Assembly (NCBI GenBank): GCA_963736855.1
Contig: CAVTQK010000020.1
Span: 1-64,000 of the forward strand
Source of the DNA: an uncultured delta proteobacterium
GTDB taxonomy: Bacteria; Desulfobacterota; Desulfobacteria; Desulfobacterales; UBA2156
Reading direction: 5' to 3'
DNA: 64,000 bases
In this document: piece after piece, positions 34,895 to 46,073 of the stretch
How positions within the stretch are numbered: the stretch's first letter is position 1
How the letters are laid out: the number at the start of each line of letters is the position of its first letter
Notes under the pieces: model-generated
What the model was told of the DNA's origin: nothing
Database searches by the model: none
The model's input: the letters and a program-made list of their open reading frames with translations, nothing else
Translations under genes and position numbers: made by a program

Positions 34895-37478
34895 ATGAAT
34901 CCCAAAAGCCCATCGTCGTTATTACCGGTCATCACCTGTGCCTGTCTGGTGTTGCTTTTTCTCGGATTGGTCGGGTGTGCCGGCACCCAGAAAACATCCG
35001 CAGCGCCGGATTCAGCCGTACCGGCACCGGAAAATTCGGCCGTCATCACGAAAATCTCCGTTTCCGAGGGCGTCGATACGCTGGAGGTCCAAATCGTCGG
35101 CGACTCACTGCTGACCTTTACCTCGGTGAAGCAACCGTCGCCCCTGGGTGTGGTGCTCTACTTCCCGAAGACCCAGCTCAAAGACGCGGATTCGGAATAT
35201 CCGGTTAAGAACGAACCGGTGGAAAGAGTCACGGTGTCGACTCCCCAGGAAGCCGACCTTCCGCTGCGCATCGAAATCGCCTTAACCCAAGATGTCCCTT
35301 ACGATATCCTCAGAGAAAACCAGACCCTGAAGGTCATCTTCCCGAAACCGGGTAAAAAACAAAGCCTGGCTTCCTCGAATCCATCCCCTAAAGCGGCGGA
35401 ACCGGTCAAAGCAAAAGATCCTTTTGCAGGAATGCCTGCGCCGACCCACGTGGAATCCGTGACGACCCAGCTCATCGAAAACGGCATCCAGATCAACGTG
35501 GCCGCCGACGGCCCCATTAAAGACTTCAAGGCCTTCACGGTGGAAGATCCGACCCGGATCGTATTTGATATCCCCGCCGTCAAAAGCCCGTTCAAGCGGG
35601 AAATGCTGATTCCCGTCGATGGAATCTGGATCAAACGCGTCCGCTACTACGGATATCCGGACAAGGTCCGGGTGGTTCTGGATGCGGAAAAGGCTTTCAT
35701 GAACGCCTACAAGGCAGAACCGGTTGAAAAAGGATTGCGCATCCAGGTGGGTGACACGGTCACAGTCGCCAAAAAGGCGGTCGCGGCCGCCGAGGTTTCC
35801 GCCGCCAAAGACCGGGAACCGGCCTGGGTAAACCGGATCGACTTTTTAAGCGAAGCCGCCGGAAAATCCGCGGTCGTCGTGGGGACCTCACGAGCAGTCC
35901 AGCATACCCTGAAAAAGGGACCCAAGAATACACTGGTTTTAACGCTTCTCAACACCCAGCTTCCCGATTTTCGTAAACAGCCCCTGATCACCACGCGCTT
36001 TGAAAGCGCCGTCAACCGGATCATCCCGGTCCAGACCCCGGAGATGAAGGACCGATGCATTGTGAATTTAGAGCTGCGGGAGGCCGTCCCCTACCGGGTG
36101 GAAGAAGCGGAAAATGAAATCCGGATCCATTTCGAAGCGTCCACGATCCCGCCCAAGCCGTTGATCGTGGCCGAACTCCCGGAGTGGAAAAAGGTCATGG
36201 AAGAAACGGCCGCGGCCGCGCAAAAAGAGACGGCAGGGGAGTCTGAAGCCAAGCGTTACACGGGTGAAAAGATCGCCCTGGACTTTTACGAAACCGACAT
36301 CAAGAACGTCTTCCGCATTCTCAAGGAGGTCTCCGGAAAAAACTTCGCCATCGACAACGATGTGACCGGGAAGGTGACCCTTTCCTTCGATAAGCCGGTT
36401 CCCTGGGACCAGATCATGGACCTGGTGCTGAAGATGAATAAACTCGGCAAGATCGAAGAAGGAGAGATTATCCGCATCGCCAAACTCGATACCATGATCG
36501 CGGAACAGAAAAAGTTCGAGGAAAAAGAGGACACCCGGCCCCTGACCACCGAATACATCCTGGTCAATTACGCCAGCGCCGAAACAGACGCCAAGCCCCT
36601 CATCGAACCCATCCTCACGAAACGGGGAAAGATCACCGTCAATTCCCGCACCAACCAGATCATTATCACCGACGTGGCGGACCGCATCGATCGGGCCAAG
36701 GAGATCGTCCGGAAGATCGACAGGGTTACACCCTCAGGTCATGATCGAGGCAAGGATCGTGGAAGCCGGGCTTGATTTCACCCGAAGCATCGGGATCAAC
36801 TGGACGTTATCGGGCGGCCCCATCTTCAAAAAGTTTCTCGGCGGGCAGTACGATTACGATTTCGGGTTCAATTATCCGGGCCCCGGCACCAACAATTTCG
36901 GCTTCTCATTCGACAAATTCCTGGGAAGCCCGCTGAACCTTGATCTTCAATTGAGCCTGGAAGAGGCGAATCGCAACGTCAAGATCGTTTCCGCACCAAA
37001 AGTCGCCACGGCCAACAATGTGGAGGCCCTCATTTCCCAGGGATTCGAATTCCCTTACCTGGAGCGGGACGAGACGGGTCTTGCAACCATCAAGTTCAAG
37101 AAGATCGACCTGGAACTCAAGGTCACGCCTCAGATCACCAACGACAATCGCATTTCGACGATCATCAAGCTCAAAAAAGAAGACATCTCCGAACTGGTGT
37201 CAACGCCGACCGGGGATGTCCCGGCACTTTCCACCCACAAGGCCGAAACCCAGCTCATGGTCAATGACGGCGATACCATCGTAATCGGCGGGATCATCCG
37301 GGATCGGGAAGACAAGGCCAAGCGCGGGTTCCCCTGGCTGTCCGACATCCCTTTCCTGGGTTGGCTCTTCAAGCAGCAGACGGATAGCAAGGAAATGACG
37401 GAGCTGATCGTCTTCATCACCCCCAAAATCGTCCGCCTGGAACCGGGCGTGCTCCAGACCCGGAGCACCCTTCAGTAG
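34895..37478 (+). CDS. pilQ: Type IV pilus secretin PilQ with AMIN domains (1-nt frameshift at ~36732)
   Basis: Lipobox LVGC, AMIN repeats and YTGEKIALDF. Secretin domain QVMIEARIVE...LKVTPQI...VIGGI...IPFLGWLF...FITPKI follows the frameshift. Confidence 0.92.
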
Positions 37479-37483
37479 GTAAT

Positions 37484-38578
37484 ATGGAACATCACATGGA
37501 TGCGAATCGCAATTTAAAAGGAAGGTTTGGCGCCATGAAACAAATATCCCTTCGATTCGGGCTTTGTATCCTTTTGGCGGCCCTGGCGGTGCCGGCCCTG
37601 ACCGGCTGCAGTTCAGACTCCATGTCTTCACAGATCACGCTGACGACGAGTCGAAGCAGCATCCCCGCCGACGGCAACACCACGGCCGAAATCACGGCCA
37701 CGATTTTGGGATATGACGGCGAACCCGTCCCCATCGGGACTTCAATGCATTTCACCACCTCCAGGGGCCTGTTCACCACAGGCCTGTCCTACCTCACGGT
37801 GGGGACCACCGATACCACCGGAACCGTCAGGGTATATCTCATGGCCCCGCTCCGGACCACACCGGGAGCCGCCAACGTGACGTGCCAGTCCAACGACGTC
37901 ACCCGGTCCATAAACGTGGATATTACCCTCTCCGGCCCACCGGGGGAAACGGCCCGCATTGAACTAACAGCCGATCCCACCGAGATCCCGGCCGACGGCA
38001 CGCCTTCTACCATCACGGCCACGCTGACTGACGGAAACGAGGACCCGGTGAACATCGGGACTTCGGCCACCTTCAGAACCGACAGGGGGATCTTCCAGAA
38101 CGGGAGCACCGTTTTTACCGATGTCACCCGGGATGTAAGCGGAACCATCATCGCCTACCTCACCGCCCCGGATGGCACCGAGTCGGGCCCGGCCAACATC
38201 ACCTGTACCTCCAACGGAGTCACCGCCCAGGTCACGGTGTACGTCGGCGGAACTGGGGTGTCGCTCGTTTTGACAGCACCAGCCAGCGTCGCTGAAGGAG
38301 CAGATTTCAACCATCACCGCCACGGTCACCGACTACAACGGCGATCCGGTGATCCCCGGGACGCAAGTCCTATTCTCGGCCCGGTCGGGCGAATTCTCCA
38401 ACGGCGAATTGAGTATTTCTGCCCAGACCAGACGCGTCCGGTGAAGCCGACCGTGGATTGGACCGCCCAATGCGACCCCGGGGTTTACCGCATTCGGGCA
38501 TCTTCGGGGAACGCCTCGGCACAAATCTCAATTCAAGTACCCACCCTAATGTCGTCGGGAATGGCAGGGGGCTCATAA
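37484..38578 (+). CDS. Lipoprotein with invasin-type Ig-like (Big_1) repeats
   Basis: Lipobox LTGC; IPADG...ITAT repeats. A third repeat is hidden by compensating indels. Confidence 0.8.
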   Translation: MEHHMDANRNLKGRFGAMKQISLRFGLCILLAALAVPALTGCSSDSMSSQITLTTSRSSIPADGNTTAEITATILGYDGEPVPIGTSMHFTTSRGLFTTGLSYLTVGTTDTTGTVRVYLMAPLRTTPGAANVTCQSNDVTRSINVDITLSGPPGETARIELTADPTEIPADGTPSTITATLTDGNEDPVNIGTSATFRTDRGIFQNGSTVFTDVTRDVSGTIIAYLTAPDGTESGPANITCTSNGVTAQVTVYVGGTGVSLVLTAPASVAEGADFNHHRHGHRLQRRSGDPRDASPILGPVGRILQRRIEYFCPDQTRPVKPTVDWTAQCDPGVYRIRASSGNASAQISIQVPTLMSSGMAGGS

Positions 38579-38594
38579 AAAGGGGTCCGCCTAA

Positions 38595-38651
38595 AAAGAC
38601 AGAGCGCCGGCAGATCCTAAAAACATCGGGATCTGCCGGCGCTTTTGTTTT
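38595..38651 (+). terminator. Strong intrinsic terminator of the pil operon
   Basis: agcgccggcagatcc ... ggatctgccggcgct stem followed by tttgtttt. Confidence 0.8.
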
Positions 38652-38670
38652 AAAGATTCAATGCAGTTGT

Positions 38671-38793
38671 AAAAGTCTTTTGCGAGCGAGATTCGAGCCT
38701 TTTCGGATAAAGAGAGGCGGGGCGAGTTCTTGAGATTCAGCGAAGCCCTGAGCATCTCCCGAAAAGGGTCGCCGAGCAAGCAAAACGGCTTTT
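38671..38793. repeat. Imperfect long hairpin (possible second miniature repeat family)
   Basis: aaaagtcttttgc pairs with gcaaaacggctttt, and ccttttcgg pairs with ccgaaaagg. Confidence 0.45.
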
Positions 38794-38832
38794 GACGCGC
38801 CCTCCACTTTTGTTCAAACAGGCTTCTTCCTT

Positions 38833-39585
38833 TTATTTCAGGCCCGAGGCCGCTTTTTTGGCTGCCTGGCCACTTTTACCTTGCGGGTCCAGTGCGATGA
38901 CCTTGGCATACCCTTCTTTCGCCTTTTTAACATCCCCCAGGGCCTTATAGGTGTCGGCAAGCTCCAGATGCAGCTCCGCAGCATCAGGAGCGAGTTTTAC
39001 CGCTCTTTCAAGAGCCTTAACCGCATTGCTATTTTGGCCGGCAGCACGGTAGGTCAAGCCCAACCCCCTCCAGGCAGTGACGTATTCCGGGTCCTTTTTC
39101 AGTGCTTCCAGGTAATACTTTCCGGCTTCGGTGAAGTCTTTTTTATTGTAATAGGCAAATCCCAGATTGGACAGAGGGATCTGGGGCGTGGCATACAGAT
39201 CGTCCTCGACGGTCTCCTTGAACACGACGATGGCGGCGTCCCACTCCTGGCGCATCAGGTGGATCACCCCGAGACTGTTTTTAGCCGCCGAATATCCGGT
39301 TTTAAGGGCGATGGCCTTCTTGAAGTGCGCTTCTGCAAGATCGAGCTTTTCCTTGGCCATGTAAACAAGCCCCATGTCATACTGGAGATAGGGGTCTTCG
39401 GGATTAAGCGCTTCGGCCTTGATGAACTCGTTAAGGGCGGATGTGTGCTTTCCCTGCATCATGTAGGATTCCCCGAGGTTGCGGGTGGCCGCGGACTGTC
39501 TATTACGGGCTTCCCGATTTCCCGCGCAGGAAACGACTCCAAGGCAAAAAACAAGAACCCAAGTGATTGCCGGCAGTTTTTTCAT
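38833..39585 (-). CDS. TPR lipoprotein, PilF/PilW/Tgl-like pilotin
   Basis: Lipobox VVSC, multiple TPRs and DDLYATP..NLG motif; adjacent to the pilQ operon. Confidence 0.75.
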   Translation of the reverse strand: MKKLPAITWVLVFCLGVVSCAGNREARNRQSAATRNLGESYMMQGKHTSALNEFIKAEALNPEDPYLQYDMGLVYMAKEKLDLAEAHFKKAIALKTGYSAAKNSLGVIHLMRQEWDAAIVVFKETVEDDLYATPQIPLSNLGFAYYNKKDFTEAGKYYLEALKKDPEYVTAWRGLGLTYRAAGQNSNAVKALERAVKLAPDAAELHLELADTYKALGDVKKAKEGYAKVIALDPQGKSGQAAKKAASGLK

Positions 39586-39638
39586 CTTGGTTTCCCCATT
39601 ATCTGGTCTCTTGATGGTTATGGTCGTATGTGAAATCT

Positions 39639-39791
39639 GATGGCTTCATAAAAAGTCCATCTGCTGCGTTGCACTGCATCCTTCGTCATTGCGGCGTACC
39701 CATATGTACGCCTCTTTCCTCAGGATTTGAGCGCCTTGCATCTGAAGCTTTTTACTTTGCCATCCCAATTTTGAGTTTTTACGATTTCATC
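39639..39791. mobile_element. 153-bp MITE-like element, copy 1
   Basis: Terminal inverted repeats GATG..TAAAAA/TTTTTA..CATC; AAATCT duplicated on both sides; second copy at 59640-59792. Confidence 0.85.
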
Positions 39792-39950
39792 AAATCTGAC
39801 CTTACCGCTTTGTGATTTGCGTTGACTTGAATCCTTGGACCCTTGACCGCTTGATTCGTTTTCTTCAAACCCATCCCCCTTTCAACGGCAGTGCGGCGAC
39901 CTGAATCGCGACTTTTTAACAACTGTCAGGACATCAGAAACAGGAAGCTC

Positions 39951-41459
39951 TCACGGTGTTGAGGTCTTTTTCAGGTTCAAACCCTTTGCAATGGCATTTG
40001 ACACAGTTTCTACAAATGTTTCGAGATCCTTGCCGTTCAGGGGTTTGCCGGCTTCCGGGACCTTGATCCCTTTGGGCCGAATCAACACCGGCGCGTTGAC
40101 CAGTTCGGGGTTGGTCTGCACATTGAATTCCGCCGCCAGCGTGCGGGAAAAATACTGATCCTGGAACCCCGAAAATTTGATGGCATGCGCCGTGGAGTCG
40201 AGGACGGCGATCTCGCCTTTTGAAACGATCCCGGCACCGACGGCCCGGATGAGGCCGGCCAGGGATTCCCCTCCATGGGTGCATGCGATGTGGCCGTTTC
40301 GGTTGGCCTCAAGCTGGCAGTCCATGATTTCCTGTTCGGTCACCTCGATGAAAAAGACCCGCTGCCTGCCGGCGGATTCGTTGAATCGGTCCACCAGGTG
40401 GATGACCCTGGGCATGGAAACCGGGTTCCCGATCATGGCGGCCTGAGCCACGCTGGGCCGAACGGCTACGGGGATAAACCGGCGCTTCTTAGGGTCCGGC
40501 TCCAGGTAGTACCGATAAACCGGATCGGCGTGTTCGGATTGGACCCCGATGACCTTGGGGAGCGCCTTGATGATCCCGGCTTCGTAGAATTTCAGGAAGC
40601 CGGAAAGGACGGCCGTGATGTTTCCCGCATTTCCGATGGGGACCACCACCACCCGGTCCGCCACGTCATAATCGAAGACCTGGGCGATTTCGAAAGAATA
40701 AGACTCCTGACCCAGGATCCGCCACGCGTTTTTGGAGTTGAGTAAAGCCACGGGATACCGGCTGGAGAGGTGCTCCACGATTTTCATGCAGTCGTCGAAG
40801 ACACCCGGGATCTCGAAGACCGCCGCCCCGCTCCCAAGGGGCTGGGAGAGCTGCTGGGGAGTGACTTTTTGATGCGGAAGAATCACCGCGGATCGGACAT
40901 GTGGCCTGAGATAGGCGGCATAGAGCGCGGCGGAGGCTGAGGTGTCGCCGGTGGATGCACACACGGCCAGGACGTTTTCGGCGTGCCCTTTTTGGATCAA
41001 GTAGTTGATGTAGCTCAGTGCGCTGGCCATCCCCCGGTCCTTGAAGGAGGCGCTGGGGTTCTGGCCGTCGTTTTTGAAATAAAAAGGGATTCCCACCCGT
41101 TGTTGAAGGATCTCGTTTGCAGCGATCACCGGCGTGTGCCCTTCTCCCAGATAGACCACCGCATCCAGGGGAAGCACCGGCCCGACAAATTCATGATATC
41201 GATAGATGCCGGCAAGGGCCGGGATTTTCAAGGCGCTCCGGAAGTCCAGGATACGCCGCCACAGGGGGGCAGGGGTCTTTTTGATCCGATCAAAATCCTG
41301 GTCTTCGATCATCAGGACCTGTCCGCAATCCGGGCAGGTATAAAGGAGCGTTTCGATGGGAAATTCCCCCCGGCATCCCAGGCATCGATAGGTCAACTTT
41401 CCCCCGGGTTCAGGAATCAGATAGGGCTGAACATCCTTAGGAAAGTCGGTCAGTTTCAT
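39951..41459 (-). CDS. thrC: Threonine synthase
   Basis: [24 protein letters not shown] and PIGNAGN motifs. Confidence 0.93.
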   Translation of the reverse strand: MKLTDFPKDVQPYLIPEPGGKLTYRCLGCRGEFPIETLLYTCPDCGQVLMIEDQDFDRIKKTPAPLWRRILDFRSALKIPALAGIYRYHEFVGPVLPLDAVVYLGEGHTPVIAANEILQQRVGIPFYFKNDGQNPSASFKDRGMASALSYINYLIQKGHAENVLAVCASTGDTSASAALYAAYLRPHVRSAVILPHQKVTPQQLSQPLGSGAAVFEIPGVFDDCMKIVEHLSSRYPVALLNSKNAWRILGQESYSFEIAQVFDYDVADRVVVVPIGNAGNITAVLSGFLKFYEAGIIKALPKVIGVQSEHADPVYRYYLEPDPKKRRFIPVAVRPSVAQAAMIGNPVSMPRVIHLVDRFNESAGRQRVFFIEVTEQEIMDCQLEANRNGHIACTHGGESLAGLIRAVGAGIVSKGEIAVLDSTAHAIKFSGFQDQYFSRTLAAEFNVQTNPELVNAPVLIRPKGIKVPEAGKPLNGKDLETFVETVSNAIAKGLNLKKTSTP

Positions 41460-42730
41460 GGCCGAATCGCCTCCAAGCCGCCCATGTAGGGCCTGAGGGC
41501 CTCCGGGATGATGACGGATCCGTCGGCCTGCTGGTTGTTTTCCAAGATGGCGGCTACCGTCCTTCCGACCGCCAGCCCGGATCCGTTGAGGGTGTGGACG
41601 AGTTCGGTTCCCTTTTTCCCTTTTCTTTTGAATCGGATGTCGGCTCTCCGGGCCTGAAAATCCTCAAAGTTGCTGCAGGAGGAGATCTCCCGATAGACCC
41701 CCTGGGTCGGCATCCACACTTCGATATCGTAGGTCTTGGCCGCGGAAAACCCCAAGTCGCCGGTACACAGGGTGACCACCCGGTAGGGAAGTTCGAGCCG
41801 CTTAAGAATCTTCTCCGCATCCGCCAGGAGGGTCTCCAGCGCCTCATAAGAAGTCTCCGGGGCGGAAAACCAGACCAGTTCCACCTTATTGAACTGGTGC
41901 TGGCGGATCAGCCCCCGGGTATCCTTCCCGTAGGACCCGGCCTCACTCCGGAAGCAGGGCGTGTAGGCCGTGTAACGGATGGGTAAAGCCTCCTCCTCCA
42001 GGACCTCTCCCTGGTGGATATTGGTCACCGGCACTTCGGCGGTGGGAACCAGGAAATAATCCCATCCTTTGAGCGCGAAAAGATCTTCCTCGAACTTGGG
42101 GAGCTGACCGGTGTGAGTCATGGACCTGCGGTTGACAATGAAAGGAGGAAGGACCTCCCGATACCCGCTTTCTTGGGTGTGAATGTCCAGCATGAAGTTG
42201 ATGAGGGCCCGCTCCAGACGTGCGCCGGCGCCGAAATAAAGCGGAAAGCGGGACCCGGTGATCCGGGCCGCCCTTTCGAAATCGAGAATACCGAGGCTCT
42301 CTCCAAGATCCCAATGGGCCTTAGGCTGGAAAGGAAACCGGGGGACTTCTCCGACCTCTTTTCGGACCGGGTTGTCGTTGCTGTCTTTTCCTGCCGGAAC
42401 GGAAGGATGCGGTATGTTCGGGATACTCAGAAGGATCCCGAAAAGTGTCTCTTCATTCTCGGAAAGAGCTTTTTCCAGCTCCTTGATCTTTGCGGAAACC
42501 CCCCGCATCTCCTCCACCAGCTCCAATGGCTCCTGGCCGCTTTTTTTCATGGCGGCAATGGTTTCCGATACCTTGTTGCGACGGTGTCTCAACGTCTCGA
42601 TCTGCGTGAGAGTCAGCCGTCGCTCTTCTTCATGGGTCATGAAGGCATCCAGGCTTGCTTGCTGCCTTCTCAGCGACAGAGACTCTTGCACCATGGATAA
42701 ATTTTGCCTGACGAACTTGATTTCCAGCAT
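41456..42730 (-). CDS. serS: Serine--tRNA ligase
   Basis: [35 protein letters not shown] and HTLNGSGLA motifs. Confidence 0.97.
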   Translation of the reverse strand: MLEIKFVRQNLSMVQESLSLRRQQASLDAFMTHEEERRLTLTQIETLRHRRNKVSETIAAMKKSGQEPLELVEEMRGVSAKIKELEKALSENEETLFGILLSIPNIPHPSVPAGKDSNDNPVRKEVGEVPRFPFQPKAHWDLGESLGILDFERAARITGSRFPLYFGAGARLERALINFMLDIHTQESGYREVLPPFIVNRRSMTHTGQLPKFEEDLFALKGWDYFLVPTAEVPVTNIHQGEVLEEEALPIRYTAYTPCFRSEAGSYGKDTRGLIRQHQFNKVELVWFSAPETSYEALETLLADAEKILKRLELPYRVVTLCTGDLGFSAAKTYDIEVWMPTQGVYREISSCSNFEDFQARRADIRFKRKGKKGTELVHTLNGSGLAVGRTVAAILENNQQADGSVIIPEALRPYMGGLEAIRP

Positions 42731-43009
42731 GGCAATGCCTATTTTGTCGCAATAAAGTAAAAATATCGACCGGTTAACCGATGGAATGCCCCCGGCGGCC
42801 CGGGTAAAACGTTCATACGATACCCTCGCCCGTGTCAGGAGATGATTTTTCAAAACAACGGTGATTCCGTACCACGAACATGCTATTTCGTCAATGATTA
42901 TTATACGTTGACATTATATCCAAAAATCGGTATAAACAAATGTTTTTAGGGATATCGACTGGCGGGCGTATGAAAATTTACCTGACAGATCCTGATAGAC
43001 ACCGGGAGT

Positions 43010-43603
43010 ATGTCGATGGATGAGATCATCGAGAAAAAGCGATCGATCCGGGAAGACATCCTGAAACGAGTGGGTGCTCTCTCGGAAAAAGAACGACACC
43101 TCAAGACCCAGGAGATCCAAGACCGGCTCTTTTCTTTTGCCAACTTCCTGGAGTCCAAGGTCATACTCCTTTATATGGAAAAAGACCCGGAAGTCCCTAC
43201 GGCACAGATAATTAAAAAGTGCTACTCAATTCAAAAAGTTGTAGTGCTGCCGGCCTTCAAGCCGGAGAAAAAAGGGATGGACTTGCTGAAGGTCGATCAT
43301 TTGGAAAACGCCCTCAGACCCGGCCCGAGGGGGGTTTTGGAACCGGACCCAGCCGTGTGCAAGGTCGTTCCCATAGACTTCATCGATATCGCCATCATTC
43401 CCGGTATCGCCTTCGACGAAAAGGGCGGACGGATCGGGACCGGGGAAGGGTATTACGACCAGCTCATCCCCAAATTGCCCATCACCACGAGAAAGGTCGC
43501 GCTGACCCTGGAAACCCAGTTGGTCCCCCAGGTGCCTATGGAGCCCCACGACCGCTTTGTGGATATCCTCATCACGGAAAAACGGATCATCTACAAGATC
43601 TGA
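43010..43603 (+). CDS. 5-formyltetrahydrofolate cyclo-ligase
   Basis: PGIAFD..GGRIG.G.GYYD and EPHD..VD motifs. Confidence 0.92.
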   Translation: MSMDEIIEKKRSIREDILKRVGALSEKERHLKTQEIQDRLFSFANFLESKVILLYMEKDPEVPTAQIIKKCYSIQKVVVLPAFKPEKKGMDLLKVDHLENALRPGPRGVLEPDPAVCKVVPIDFIDIAIIPGIAFDEKGGRIGTGEGYYDQLIPKLPITTRKVALTLETQLVPQVPMEPHDRFVDILITEKRIIYKI

Positions 43604-43644
43604 TGCCCTTCTCGATTGCTAAACAGTACTGATGACTCCCTTCA

Positions 43645-44646
43645 TCACGAAGGGCTCAACGCCTTTTCCAGAAGCTTGAGATTCTTCTCCCCACCTATAG
43701 CGATGACCGTGTCTCCGGTCCGGAGAATCGTTTCAAAGGAGGGATTGAATCGCATGTCCCCGGAAGCGTCTTTCACGGCGATGATGATGAGATCGTATTT
43801 TTGCCGGATACCGGAATCCTTCAGCATGACATTGACGAGCTCGGAGTCGGGACTTACCGGGATCTCTTCCATCTGGATGTCCGTGCCCTTGTACGCCAGG
43901 GCCAGATCCAGGAAACCGCTCACGGTGGGACGAACGACACGATGGGCCATGGTGACGGCTCCGATGTCGTAAGGCGATTCGACGATATCGGCTCCGGCGG
44001 CTTTCAGCTTCGCCTTGGATGCATCCGCCGTCGCCCGGGCCAGGATGAAAAGACCCGGGTTCAGCTGTCGTGCCGTGAGGACTAAAAAGACGTTGTCCGC
44101 ATCGGAGCTTAACACCGCCACCAGCCCCTTTGCATTTCCGATTCCGGCCTTGATGAGGTTGGCCTCCTCGGAGGCGTCCCCGCTGATGTAAAGGATGCTG
44201 TCCTGCTCCAAAACCGGTAAGAGATTTTTGTCCTTTTCAATGACCACCACGTCCAGCGGCCTTCGACGGACATTCCTGACAAGGATCCGTCCGATCCTGC
44301 CGTACCCGCAGACGATGTAATGGTTTTTAAGCCGTTCGATCTTCTTTTCCAAGCGTCGCCTCCCTAAAATATTGCGGATCTGACCCTCCATCATGAACTG
44401 AATCACCGCGCCCGCCACATAGAAGAAGTATCCCACCCCAAAAAAGATCAGCACCATGCTGATGGCCCTGCCGGAATTCGTGAGCTTTCGGACCTCTCCG
44501 TAACCCACGGTGGAAAGCGTTGTCACGGTCATGAAGAGGGAATCCATAAAATCCCAGCCCTCCATGAACATGTAGGCGCACGTCCCCATGACGATGATAA
44601 AAGCACCGAATACCAATGACAATAAAAGGTGCCGGGTTCTTTTCAT
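43645..44646 (-). CDS. Potassium channel with TrkA-N/C (RCK) domains
   Basis: TVGYG selectivity filter; HYIVCGYGRIG. Confidence 0.92.
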   Translation of the reverse strand: MKRTRHLLLSLVFGAFIIVMGTCAYMFMEGWDFMDSLFMTVTTLSTVGYGEVRKLTNSGRAISMVLIFFGVGYFFYVAGAVIQFMMEGQIRNILGRRRLEKKIERLKNHYIVCGYGRIGRILVRNVRRRPLDVVVIEKDKNLLPVLEQDSILYISGDASEEANLIKAGIGNAKGLVAVLSSDADNVFLVLTARQLNPGLFILARATADASKAKLKAAGADIVESPYDIGAVTMAHRVVRPTVSGFLDLALAYKGTDIQMEEIPVSPDSELVNVMLKDSGIRQKYDLIIIAVKDASGDMRFNPSFETILRTGDTVIAIGGEKNLKLLEKALSPS

Positions 44647-44831
44647 GTCCTCTCCACATGGTGGGCCGATTGTTTCATGGTGTCGACTATCTCTTTTCCG
44701 GTATAAAAAATCAAGCCCGGGGTCCGCGACCGGGCAGGCTCGGACAGACCTGAAGCGATATCTCTTTTCATAAATGCTCCGGAATCGAATCGTCTTGACC
44801 CGCAAAAGGGGTTCTGGTAGCAGATTCCTTA

Positions 44832-45491
44832 ATGAAAAGCGATCCCCTGAAATACGAGCGACTGCGCGAAGAGATGGTCAAAAAGCAGATCGAGGCCCGG
44901 GGCGTTTCCGATCCGGCCGTCCTTTCGGCCATGAGAAAGGTGCCCCGACACCTTTTCGTCAGCGAAGCGCTCAGGGATCAGGCTTATGGTGATTTTCCAC
45001 TTCCTATCGGTTTTGATCAAACCATCTCCCAGCCTTACATCGTAGCGGAGATGACCGAAGCCCTGCAATTGGATGAGGAAGACCGGGTCCTTGAAATCGG
45101 GACCGGATCCGGTTACCAGGCGGCTGTTTGCGCCGAGATCGCCTACCGGGTCTACACCATCGAAAGGATCCACGCCTTATATCTCCGGGCACGTCGTCTC
45201 TTCGACGATCTGCACTATCACAACATCGTCAGCCGTTACTCGGATGGGAGTTCAGGGTGGAAAGAAGAAAGCCCCTTTGATGCCATCATCGTCACCGCGG
45301 GGGCACCGGAGATTCCAAATACTCTGGTCAATCAGCTTGCAACGGGGGGCCGGCTGGTGATCCCGGTGGGGGACCGCTTTTCCCAGGAATTGGTCAAACT
45401 GGTCCGGGATGAAAACGGCATTCGAACGACCCGTCTGGGAGGGTGCCGCTTCGTCAAACTCCTGGGGGAATACGGTTGGAAGGACGCATGA
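44832..45491 (+). CDS. pcm: Protein-L-isoaspartate O-methyltransferase
   Basis: [16 protein letters not shown] and PFDAIIVTA motifs. Confidence 0.95.
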   Translation: MKSDPLKYERLREEMVKKQIEARGVSDPAVLSAMRKVPRHLFVSEALRDQAYGDFPLPIGFDQTISQPYIVAEMTEALQLDEEDRVLEIGTGSGYQAAVCAEIAYRVYTIERIHALYLRARRLFDDLHYHNIVSRYSDGSSGWKEESPFDAIIVTAGAPEIPNTLVNQLATGGRLVIPVGDRFSQELVKLVRDENGIRTTRLGGCRFVKLLGEYGWKDA

Positions 45492-46073
45492 ATGCTCCGG
45501 AAGCTCTATGACTGGGTCCTCCACTGGGCCGAAACACCGCAAGGATCATGGGCTCTTTTTCTCCTGGCTTTTGCCGAGTCCTCCTTTTTCCCCATCCCCC
45601 CCGACGTTCTCCTCATCGCGTTGGCCATCGGAGCACCCCCAAAAGCCTTTCGGTATGCCGTCATCTGTTCGGCAGGATCGGTGTTGGGAGGCTGTTTCGG
45701 ATATTTGATCGGCTGGCAATTCATGGCCGCCGTGGGCGAGCGGATCATTGCCGTTTACGGCTTTACCGAAAAATGGGAGTATATCCGGGATCTTTACATG
45801 CGCTACGATGCCTGGGCCGTGGGGATCGCCGGCTTTACACCGATTCCCTACAAGCTTTTCACCATCTCGGCCGGGGCTTTTCGGATCCACTTCGGCGTTT
45901 TCTTTCTGGCTTCCCTGGTTTCCCGGTCGGCGCGATTCTTTTTAGTCTCCGGTCTTATTTATCTCTTCGGCCCGAAAATCAAATCCTTCATCGACCGGTA
46001 CTTCAATACGCTGGCGGTGGTATTCACCATTCTGCTGGTGGGAGGGTTCGTGATCATCAAGATCGTTTTCTAG
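45492..46073 (+). CDS. YqaA/DedA family membrane protein
   Basis: FAESSFFPIPPD and GFTPIPYK motifs. Confidence 0.92.
   Translation: MLRKLYDWVLHWAETPQGSWALFLLAFAESSFFPIPPDVLLIALAIGAPPKAFRYAVICSAGSVLGGCFGYLIGWQFMAAVGERIIAVYGFTEKWEYIRDLYMRYDAWAVGIAGFTPIPYKLFTISAGAFRIHFGVFFLASLVSRSARFFLVSGLIYLFGPKIKSFIDRYFNTLAVVFTILLVGGFVIIKIVF

Noticed and set aside
36728..36736. Programmed frameshift or phase-variable tract in pilQ
   Set aside because: The C-run is only 3 nt with no slippery heptamer, and several similar isolated insertions nearby point to consensus error.
42731..43009. 6S RNA upstream of the 5-formyl-THF cyclo-ligase gene
   Set aside because: The region is a short divergent promoter with serS; I could not see the long 6S rod structure.
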